A stretch of DNA of 53,888 nucleotides, the filler included, from Stramenopiles sp. TOSAG23-2 (lineage: Eukaryota), in NCBI GenBank assembly GCA_900128395.1. It is 4 parts of 4 records of this genome, joined end to end, with 100 filler letters (N's around TTAATTAATTAA, not from the genome) between each part and the next. Parts side by side here need not be neighbours in the genome. Positions count along the whole stretch, not along the records: positions 27,031 to 40,415 come from LT649804.1; positions 40,516 to 53,888 come from LT649805.1; 2 more parts are not named here. The stretch is one strand, 5' to 3'. Shown here piece after piece: positions 36,297 through 45,801 of the stretch. The stretch's first letter is position 1, and every line of letters begins with the position of its first letter. The position numbers and the translations under genes were made by a program. The notes beneath the pieces are model-generated. The model was not told the DNA's origin, searched no databases, and saw nothing but the letters and a program-made list of their open reading frames with translations.

Positions 36297-36779
36297 GGTG
36301 TTTGGTTATGGTTAGTTAGTTAGTTTATATACATATATATCCGTCGTCCTGTTCTTCACAAAATATTGTTTTATATATACTTATTTTAGTAAATATTTCT
36401 TGTGTTTTTCTTAATTTTTGTATGAGAGTGTTGTTTTTTGGAAAGCCTATTTACATGCTATCCAGCTATATTACATTTCCGTTTGGTTGCATGTATGAAT
36501 CAGGCTGGCCCAGCTGGCCAGCTGGCCAGGCTGGGCATTACATTAGAGTATTAAAATTTATACTTGAAATGGTAGGACAGATACCATGTTTAAAAAAATC
36601 TTAAAAAATGTAAAAATGTAAAACTGACTATTGCAATATACTATTTATTTATCTCTGTACTAAAAACTACTCAAAATGCTCACACACTCTCACTCTCTGA
36701 CATATCTCTTTGTGTCTTACTCGCCGTCGTCTCTCTGGCAACTCTTTCTTCTTCCATCTAAAATGAAAAAAACAAACAT

Positions 36780-36997
36780 TTTATTTCTTTCTAGATAATT
36801 TTGCAATTTCTTCTTTTTTGGATCCTTCATATAAATTAGTAGTAGTAGAAGGTGATACGTTCTTTTGTTTATTTTTATCAACATTAGTTTTATTTCTTTC
36901 TAGATAATTTTGCAATTTCTTCTTTTTTGGATCCTTCATATAAATTAGTAGTAGTAGAAGGTGATACGTTCTTTTGTTTATTTTTATCAACATTAGT
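36780..36997. repeat. 109-bp tandem duplication of the Kelch-BTB 3' end
   Basis: 36780-36888 = 36889-36997. Confidence 0.95.
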
Positions 36998-38946
36998 ACC
37001 CATTTTACTTCCTTCTTGTAGACCATCATTTACAATATATCCCAATTGATTATTTTTTCGTAATTGTTGATAAAATAATAAATTACGTTTTTGATGAGAG
37101 CAAACTGCTTCTAGTTGTTTCGCATCACACATATTTGCCCGTTCCAATAAATATTCAAGCGTCTCCTCATTTACCACTTTTTGTAAATGAAATTCACATA
37201 TTTGTTTTAAACGATCAAGAAAAAATTGATCTGCTGCTTGCATAACATTACAAACACGTTCAATATTTGCTGGATCAACATTATCGTGATAATTATTATT
37301 TTCAGTATTATTGTAATAATCTGGTAAGGAATTTTCAATCTCATCCGTTTTACCCGTATATAAGTAATCCATCATCACCATGAAGACATCAGCCGTCATT
37401 CCATCAATTTCTATTTGTTTTTCCTTACTTTCACGAAAACCAGAGGTAAACATGGCACGGAAACGATCACTTTGAGAGCATAATACAATCTTATGTGCAT
37501 AAATAACTCTACCATCTACTAAAAAGCTTATATCTGAAAATTCTTCATTGTCTAAATATTTATGTAAATTTTGTTGAAAAATAGTAACACTATCCAACGA
37601 TGATACTTTCACATTTGGCTTTGGATCTGTATCTAATATGTAGAAATCATTTTTGTATTCCACACCATGACTACCACCTAATAAAAATATTCGTCGATCA
37701 ACTTTCGTTGCCGTATGTCCAGCACGATGTGCTGGACCTTTACCTTGCAATAATACATCATCTTGCTCTAAACTATCATAACTATTTGGATTTCCACCAT
37801 CATCATTATAATCTTCTTTCAATGATGATGATATGCCACTATTTGTAATACCATTTCCATCGGAACTAGCAGTAAAATATTTTTTATTAATTAAATATTC
37901 ACTTTGTTGCATTTCTCGTGGTCCATGTCTACTTTCAAATTCCGCACTTGATTTGCCAAGACCATCATCTTGATAATTGTTCGCATTATGTACAGCATTT
38001 GGATCTTCCTTTGCAACGCTTAACCATTTACAATTCTCTAAATCAAAAATTTGAACATCATTAAAACAAGTTGCTTGTGCACCAGATCCACCAAATAAAA
38101 ATGCAAAATTATCTACACTAATGAAAGACATACCAGCTCTAGGTGCAGGCAAACGCCCATTGACATTTGGTTTGCTCCATACCAATGTATCCGTATCTAA
38201 TACAAATATATCATTCAAACGTTTTTTCCCATCCCAACCACCAAATATACAAAGTTTCGTACCAACAACAGCACTACTATGGTTCGCACGTTTCGATGGA
38301 ACATTCCCACTAACTTGCGCATCCTCGGTTGATAACCATTTTCGTTCTGGTATGTTTAATATATGCAAATCATTTAAATAATCTTTCCCATCGCCACCAC
38401 GAAAAACGAAAATGGATTTTTTATGATCAAGGTAATTAGATGTATGCATATTACACGGTCCTGGTGGTTCACCTTCGAAATCTGATGGAATCCAAGTTTT
38501 ACTTAATATATCAAATACGTGTATATCCTTAGCTGCTAAAGGTCCACGTCCTAACCAACCACCTTGTATATACAATGAATCTTGTGCTAATGTTGTGGTA
38601 TGGCCATTCCTACCTTCTGGAACATCACCATGTACCTTTGGTTTACTCCATAATAAAGTATTACAATCTAATATATGTATATCATTGTGATTCTTACGTC
38701 CATCATAACCTCCAAATAGATATATTTCTTGACGACCATCGTCCCACGTATATAAATTTGCTGTATGATTTTTAATTTTAGTTGGATTTTTTCCGCTCGT
38801 CGTCGCCCCTTTTCTTGACGACCATCGTCCCACGTATATAAATTTGCTGTATGATTTTTAATTTTCGTTGGATTTTTTCCGCTCGTCGTCGCCCCTGGCA
38901 CAAAATTTACACGTTGCTCTTGCCATTTCATAAATTTCGGCGGCAT
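36890..38946 (-). CDS. Kelch-repeat + BTB/POZ protein (LZTR1-like Cul3 adaptor), 656 aa after removing an 86-bp duplication
   Basis: Six Kelch blades (R.GH/NH...IYLFGG..G...ND...W); BTB: FSDISFLVDGRVIYAHKIVL...FRAMF..GFRES, MMDYLYTG, AADQFFLDRLKQICE. Confidence 0.9.
38725..38896. repeat. 86-bp tandem duplication, one synonymous mismatch (ACT/ACG Thr)
   Basis: 38725-38810 vs 38811-38896. Confidence 0.95.
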
Positions 38947-39642
38947 GATGCAACCGTTGTAATTGTTCTTGGTTTCGATGGTATTATATGTTTGTACATT
39001 ATACCGTATTTGTAGTTTGTTGTGTTTTGTTTTTCAATTTATTAGTGAAATTTAAATGAATTTTTGGGAGTAGTGTATGAGTTCATTATTGCTATTCATT
39101 CATTTTATATTATTACATTTTTTTCAAAATCATCTGGGCTGGAATAGCACAGGGATTTAAGAGGATGTGTTGTTGGTCTTCCAGGGGGAATAGTATCGAC
39201 ATAGCATTAGCTAACTCGAATAGAGGGAACGTAAGGAAAACCAGAAAACCTCTTGGAAAAAAACAGCAAAAAGACGACAACATCTTTTTATTGACGACTA
39301 CATTTGAAAAAAGACAATTTGATATTCTTTCTTTCTTCTTCTTCTTATATCATATACACGAACGGTTCGTATTTTTGAAACAACAATTTTAATCTCAAAT
39401 CTCAGTAAGATTAGGGGGCATACAGTAGTTCGTGTGTGGTGCAGTAATACAACCCGTGTGCACATGTCACCGTCAAGAAATTAAAAAAATTAGGAAGGAC
39501 GTAGTTTAGGTAGAAAAAAATAAAAAACATCTAGAGAGTTAAAACTGTTTTTATATTATAAAAAAAAAGAATTATTCTCGTATTTACGCAATATGTTCTC
39601 TCCCGTAACTTTTTCAAAAAAACAAAAAGATCTTTTCACTTT

Positions 39643-40415
39643 TCACCGCTTTTTTTTCTTACCAGTATTTCTATTGTTATTGTTATTATTATTACGCATA
39701 AGAGAAGGGAAATCTTTATTATTTCTACGTAAAGAAAATTTATTACTATTATTTGAATCTGCTTGCTGTGCATGTAAAATAAATTCATATTCGTTATGAA
39801 AAATTAAAAGCAACGTTCGAAAACGATCTTGTAAGAAATATTTTGATAATTTCATTTCCTTTGTCACTGCTGCATCACTATTATTATTATTATTATTATT
39901 ATTATTTTTGCTACTACTAGCATAATTAAAACATTCCAATGCTTCTTTACGTAATTGTTGTTCATTATCATCTAATTTTTCATTTTTGTCAAACCAATGT
40001 TCATTTATATTGCGTATTGCACGAATTAAATCCTTTAGATTTTTACCATCGTAATAATTATCTTTTCTTGAATCTAAATATTTTCTTACAGCAGGATGCA
40101 AGCTTCCTTTCCAGCCATCCTTATTACCAACAATTAGCGGTACATTTTTAAATGAATGTTGGCTGATACGTTTTCGAAAGATATTATCATTAGAGGACCA
40201 ACTAGAATTCCAATCGCGAATGTTGTTTATTTGCATTGTATGATTCCAAAAAAATGGATGTTCCAATACCTCTTTAATTGTTAAACGCTTTTCTGGTTCA
40301 CGTAATGTCATTCTACCTACAAGATCTAGCGCAATTGGTTGGTCGTTTAAAATATCTAAATGTATTGGATCACCATTTTTAATATTATTTTGTTGTTCAT
40401 AGCTACGTTGACCAA
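39643..40415 (-). CDS. C-terminal fragment of an IRE1/RNase L-type kinase-KEN ribonuclease (5' end lost at the contig edge)
   Basis: Frame open to the gap: GQRSYEQQNNI...ALDLVGRM..EPEKRLTIKEVLEHPFFW, then W...L, YDG..LKDLIRAIRNINEHW, YF..RF..LL. Confidence 0.85.
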
Positions 40416-40515
40416 NNNNNNNNNNNNNNNNNNNNNNNNNNNNNNNNNNNNNNNNNNNNTTAATTAATTAANNNNNNNNNNNNNNNNNNNNNNNNNNNNN
40501 NNNNNNNNNNNNNNN
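40416..40515. other. Artificial contig spacer
   Basis: N44-TTAATTAATTAA-N44. Confidence 0.98.
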
Positions 40516-41148
40516 ATGTTTTGTGATCAATATGATTCAGATGATTTACGATATTCGTTTGGTGTTATATATATATATATATCTGTATCTCTTATTGATT
40601 AGAAATACTTTGAATCTATTAGATATGCATATATATACATATGTTTCTGTTTCTTAATTGCTAGTATTTCTACTGTTTGTTTGTCGCTTCATGTGTTGTA
40701 TTTGTATATTATTAAAAAATAAAAAAGATATCCGATCGATTTTAATAATATTTTTATAAAAAAAGTATAGTATATTAATATAACTTTTTATAGTCTCTGC
40801 GTCGTCATGTCGTCAGACGTCAGACTCTTTTTTTTACCAGGTGTATGGCCTTAACCCGTAACCTGAGAATACCTGAAAAAACTATAGGTATAATTATTTA
40901 TTAGAATACAAAACTCGTACTTATATTTCTGTCGCGTCTCTAAAATTAATTTTTATATTTTGATGTGCATTATATGTTGTGCAACAAGTGCTTGTGTATT
41001 TTGAGCACAAATAAAAATTCTAAAACAAAAATCATTTAAGTCAAATTGATGATCTTTGTTTGGGTCAGTTTTTAAAGAGATATTACACAAATTAAAATGT
41101 ACGCACATCAGAAATTTAACATTATGAGCTCTAAAATTATTTTTTTTA

Positions 41149-44100
41149 TTAAAGCGCAAAATATAAATTATAAGCTTGTTGCACATTACCACGAGTTGCA
41201 CGAAGAGCTTCTAACATTTCTTCATCATTATGGTTCCCATTCGTAAGATAACAAAGTTCCACTAATTCTCTAGCATATTGATTTATTCTTTCACCGGGGA
41301 TAGCCATATTTAAATCTTTAAAAATGTCGCGAACCACTTTATCTCTAGAAAAAATATCCACCTCTTTCTCATTCAATGTATTCCAAAGTGACAATAACTT
41401 CTTTCTTTTTTCCTCATTGATTATACTTTTCCACTTATCTTCAGAAACAAAATATCCACCAGGTTGAGGATTTAATGCACACTCTTTGACATGTGAGTGC
41501 GCATCTGCTCCACAGTCGATTTGACATAGAGCACAAAAATGGGCACCACATCCACCTTCACCAGAGCAAGTTAAAGCGGCACAACCGTTATAGTCCAGAA
41601 AAACTCTTTTGCATCTAGGGCATTTTAAGTATGTAATGTCTACAATTTCTTGACGCTTTATCAACAGAGCCATCTCTTCCCTAGATTTTTCCAATAATTC
41701 ACGTTTCATTTTTTCCATATCTTTATCCTTTTCAATTTCAAGCTTTTTTGTAATTAATTCCTCCGATTTTTTAAAATATGTTTTAAAAACTTCGGATGGA
41801 ACAAAGGGGGCACTTTTTTGAGCTGAAAATGCTCCTTTGCAACCAGATCCTCGTTGAAAACAGCATATAGAATATAGGTTTTCAGTTTTTATCGTCATTT
41901 TTCCAATTTCAGTCTTAACATGCATACCAAAACATCGTTTGCAACAGAATTTATCGCATGTTTCGCATCGTAGCATTTCATTCACCTGATAGGCTTCCAT
42001 ACAAATTGGACAACTGCGTAAATCAAACAATTGAACGCATTCTTTCAGCTTTGAAGAAACTTCTGCAGCTTTTGGTCGTTTTTCTGGATCAATGTCTGTC
42101 ATTAAAGCAATTATTTTTACAATAGCTTCCATTCCTTCACCTTTCGCTTCCATAGATCTTAATTTTACTAATGCCTTTTTCAAATCAAGTGTCATACCCT
42201 GTGCACCATTGTCTGTCGTTGGAATAGAATTCAAATTCCCATCGTAACATAAAACGTCAATCATTGCTACACCAAGGGAAAATATGTCTCGTTTAAATTT
42301 AGTATTCCTCTCTGGGGGCATGTAAAGCCATGTTCCAACCAAACCCATGGTCGTCACATTTGTTTCGTTCATATCTTTACTAATATCAAAATCGCATAAT
42401 GCTGGATAACCATCGTCATTGCTACTATCAAAGACTATATTTTCTGGTTTTATATCTCGATGTATTATGCCTTTTTTATGTAAATATGACAGTGCTTCAG
42501 CTATTTTAGAAAATGCAATAATCTTTGATTTTTCTGATTTATTTTTGCACCAATATCGCATGTCACCGCCTTGATAAAATTGAGATTGAAGCACCACATT
42601 CGTACCTTCTATAAAAGCACATTCTATAGCAACCACTCCACGGTGTCGTATACGATTTGCATGTACTATTGCACGATAAATACCCCAAAATTCTGACATG
42701 GACTTTTTCTTCAACACCTTCCATCCATTCTTTTCCGTCTTTGTGCCTTTCAAAAAGGCACCAGATATATTTGTTCTTTTTTGAAGCGTTGTTCCCTCCA
42801 TTTGAAGTAACTCAGGCATTGTGGGTGAAAATCTGTGATCATAATCCTTATTTGACCTTCCTTCCGCTAACAAACCATGTCGTTGTAAGAATGATTCCAT
42901 CTTTTTTTGCTCTGGGCTTAGCCGCTTTCTTTTTTTTTTCATAAACATTTTCATTCCGTCCACTAAAATTTCTGGAAAATAGAAACTGTAACATATTTCC
43001 TCGTCAAATTTTGTAGCTTCAAATTTTGCAGTTTGTTCACAGACACTTCTCAGACGGTCAAGTAATACATCTTTTTTCCTTAATAATTCATGGTACTGAT
43101 GTTCTTTGTCTTCTTTTTTTTGTTTCAGCTTCTTTAATTCAGGATCCATATCATCCCCTTCCTCTTCACTTTCACTATCATCTTTCGCATCATTGTAGGC
43201 ACTCTTTGCTTTCTTAAAAGCTTTGTATAAATCATCTTTTATACTCTTATATTTAAACAAATTTTTTAGAATGCAGGCTGCAACAACTCTATTTCCAAAA
43301 ATGCTTTTTGGCTCAACAAGCTGTTTCTTACTATCGTATAGCAATTTACGGATTTTCAGGCGCTCAAATCTTAACGTAGTTTTGTAATTATGAATTTCAG
43401 TTATTATTTTTTCAGCAGCTGTAATTACTTTTTCATTTGATATAATGTTTTTAATATTATTATCAACTAATTGGTTCATATTTGTATTCAGCATGCCTTG
43501 CGCTTTGAAGACTTCAACTCCTGGTTTGATATGATTCATTTTGTATGACTCTAACAGCGTTTTCATATTGAAATTCTTTGTTTCCATTGCAATATCCATG
43601 ATGTTTTGGTTAATTCTTAACCACGATGTAAGACCAACATTTTTCAGTTTTGAAAGGTGAAACCAGTTTTGAAGAGCTTGATCTCTCTCACGTCCAACTT
43701 TTTGAAACTTTTCAGTACCATTCAACATAATATCTTCAAACGATCCCATTTCATCGCACAAAGTGGTAAATTTGTTTGATTCGTCTAGTATCATGGTATC
43801 CAAGCTTTCAAACACTGCAGAAAGGGTATCAAAGGACTCGTTGTCGAAATTTTGAAGAAACTCATGAAGTACTATCCCAAATATATTGACGTCAGTTTTA
43901 ATCTCTTCAATCTCATTTCGAATGGCAGTAGCTACTTTAGCCTTCGCCAGCTGGATACCATCTATTATTTGAATTTTACCTTTTGCTACAGCAATTATAC
44001 ATTTTATTAGCTTTAAGTTATTTTGTTTATGTTTTTTGTTGTTGGTTGTCACAATATTTGACGCTTCACAAAATTGATTTATTTTCTTTTCAAACTGATT

Positions 44101-44229
44101 ATTCGCAAAGGAAGGAGGGCTAATGTAAAATGTGTTTTTATTCGCTTCAGGTGCTTTAGGCGGTGGTGCTGATTTTTTTTTAGCTTTTCCACCATTGCTT
44201 TTTTTTGCAGTTTGTTTTGTGCGTGCCAT
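41149..44229 (-). CDS. H3-tail-bearing protein: coiled coil + Ser/Thr kinase + RING1 + Rcat (RBR-like E3) + UBA
   Basis: MARTKQTAKKSNGGKA start; KVLK, IIHRDIKPENI, LCDFDISK, GTWLYMPPE, DIFSLG; CPIC..C..C..CC..C...C..C RING; CPRC...GCAALTC..CGAHFCALC...H...C Rcat; LEALRATRGNVQQAYNLY UBA. Confidence 0.9.
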   Translation of the reverse strand: MARTKQTAKKSNGGKAKKKSAPPPKAPEANKNTFYISPPSFANNQFEKKINQFCEASNIVTTNNKKHKQNNLKLIKCIIAVAKGKIQIIDGIQLAKAKVATAIRNEIEEIKTDVNIFGIVLHEFLQNFDNESFDTLSAVFESLDTMILDESNKFTTLCDEMGSFEDIMLNGTEKFQKVGRERDQALQNWFHLSKLKNVGLTSWLRINQNIMDIAMETKNFNMKTLLESYKMNHIKPGVEVFKAQGMLNTNMNQLVDNNIKNIISNEKVITAAEKIITEIHNYKTTLRFERLKIRKLLYDSKKQLVEPKSIFGNRVVAACILKNLFKYKSIKDDLYKAFKKAKSAYNDAKDDSESEEEGDDMDPELKKLKQKKEDKEHQYHELLRKKDVLLDRLRSVCEQTAKFEATKFDEEICYSFYFPEILVDGMKMFMKKKRKRLSPEQKKMESFLQRHGLLAEGRSNKDYDHRFSPTMPELLQMEGTTLQKRTNISGAFLKGTKTEKNGWKVLKKKSMSEFWGIYRAIVHANRIRHRGVVAIECAFIEGTNVVLQSQFYQGGDMRYWCKNKSEKSKIIAFSKIAEALSYLHKKGIIHRDIKPENIVFDSSNDDGYPALCDFDISKDMNETNVTTMGLVGTWLYMPPERNTKFKRDIFSLGVAMIDVLCYDGNLNSIPTTDNGAQGMTLDLKKALVKLRSMEAKGEGMEAIVKIIALMTDIDPEKRPKAAEVSSKLKECVQLFDLRSCPICMEAYQVNEMLRCETCDKFCCKRCFGMHVKTEIGKMTIKTENLYSICCFQRGSGCKGAFSAQKSAPFVPSEVFKTYFKKSEELITKKLEIEKDKDMEKMKRELLEKSREEMALLIKRQEIVDITYLKCPRCKRVFLDYNGCAALTCSGEGGCGAHFCALCQIDCGADAHSHVKECALNPQPGGYFVSEDKWKSIINEEKRKKLLSLWNTLNEKEVDIFSRDKVVRDIFKDLNMAIPGERINQYARELVELCYLTNGNHNDEEMLEALRATRGNVQQAYNLYFAL

Positions 44230-44857
44230 GATCTGCTCACGTGCTGTTGCAAGTTGTGAACGTACAATAATCTTACGATATCCTGTACAAATAACAATTT
44301 ATATGGGATAACACATGTCTATAATGTATATGTATATGTAAAATCCACTTGCAATTTTTTAATTTTTTTATTATTATTTATTTTATCTTTATTATATTGG
44401 TTGCATTGACCAACAACGGTGCCAACAATAGTTGCAATCCTTATTATTATTATTGTAATTTTAATTTTATACCACCAAAATCTTCTTTTGAAAAAGGGTG
44501 TATAAAATATGGCAAAATGTATATCATTTGGAAACAATATTATAGTTTATTACTATTAAGAAATATTTTGAATGTTTTTCATTTGAACCATATTTTGATA
44601 TACCTGCACGGATATTATATTATTATTTTCTAGTTCCAAGCTTAACCCCTACATGTACCACCGTGGGAGGTGTCATTAATCGTACGATTCGTATCTTCTG
44701 TATATAGTATATTATAATATGCACATATAAATATATATAAATATATTTCTGTATAAAAAAAGAGAAAATATAATTAATATTTGTATTCTTAATCGAAGTA
44801 CGTTTAATATATTAAAAGCATTCATTTATAATAATTGAATATCTTATACAATAAAAG

Positions 44858-45738
44858 ATGGCGAAAACTCCAGCAAAGAAATCGTCAAAAGGAAAGAAAT
44901 CACCAAACTCTGCATCTACATCAGACAACAATACATCTACAGATGAAGATCTCCAAACATTAACAGAAGCTCTTAAAAATCAGACTGAAATATCTGAAGA
45001 AATTACGAAAAGTCAAACAGTGTTAATGGAGGAACAAGAAGCAGCTGCAAAGAACCTGATTAAAGATATGAGAAAAGAATTACAAGGGTTGAAAAAAGAA
45101 GAGGAAAGGTTTAAATTCAGCAAAAAAAGATAATTTAGTTGGTGCTAAATTATGCAATTTGAATATGAGTGGATTTAACTTAAGCGGAATTGATTTATCA
45201 AATGCTGATTTAACAAATGCTGATTTAACAAATGCTNNNNNNNNNNNNNNNNNNNNNNNNNNNNNNNNNNNNNNNNNNNNNNNNNNNNNNNNNNNNNNNN
45301 NNNNNNNNNNNNNNNNNNNNNNNNNNNNNNNNNNNNNNNNNNNNNNATGTAAAAGGTTTAAATTCAGCAAAAAAAGATAATTTAGTTGGTGCTAAATTAT
45401 GCAATTTGAATATGAGTGGATTTAACTTAAGCGGAATTGATTTATCAAATGCTGATTTAACAAATGCTGATTTAACAAATGCTAATTTAACAAATGCTAA
45501 TTTAACAAATGTGTCAGGGTTACAAACTATCACATTTAATTATGAAATTCTAGCTGAAGGAGCTAAATTTACAGATACACGTGGGAGTGTAAAGAACGGG
45601 ACTGTTTTATATATTAAATCGTTTAAAAGAATCATGAGAAGCACTCGTTCACCAGACGGCGACAATGATATAATAGTAAGGCTTGCTACTGGATCGGATA
45701 GCGGTTGGATAAAAGAAAGAGATCGCATACGTTTATAG
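44858..45738 (+). CDS. Coiled-coil + pentapeptide-repeat protein, misassembled around a 110-N gap
   Basis: N-part MAKTPAKKSSKGKKSP...coiled coil; C-part LVGAK LCNLN MSGFN LSGID LSNAD LTNAD LTNAN; 45105-45236 duplicates 45352-45483 across the gap. Confidence 0.65.
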
Positions 45739-45801
45739 AAAACAGTGTTGTTTATAACGAAGTATGATAAAAAATCCTTTTTGTACTAATACCATAAATT
45801 T

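Noticed and set aside
3205..38896. Duplications as CRISPR array, LTRs or ciliate IES pointers
   Set aside because: Each repeat is unique local sequence present twice with no spacers or shared consensus; no cas or transposase genes; TAA/TAG are used as stops
13421..40515. Regularly spaced TTAATTAATTAA palindromes every ~13.5 kb
   Set aside because: Each sits in an exact 100-nt N spacer, and segment lengths (13420, 13410, 13385, >=13373) fit contigs sorted by size; an artificial linker, so cross-segment gene neighbourhoods (e.g. GPCR with PDE) mean nothing
44182..44229. A true histone H3 gene
   Set aside because: No histone fold (YRPG, EIRRYQK, RFQS) follows in the ORF; only the tail is present
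45105..45483. Programmed frameshift between the coiled-coil and pentapeptide ORFs
   Set aside because: The apparent overlap comes from a copy of 45352-45483 placed before an N gap; best explained as a misjoin
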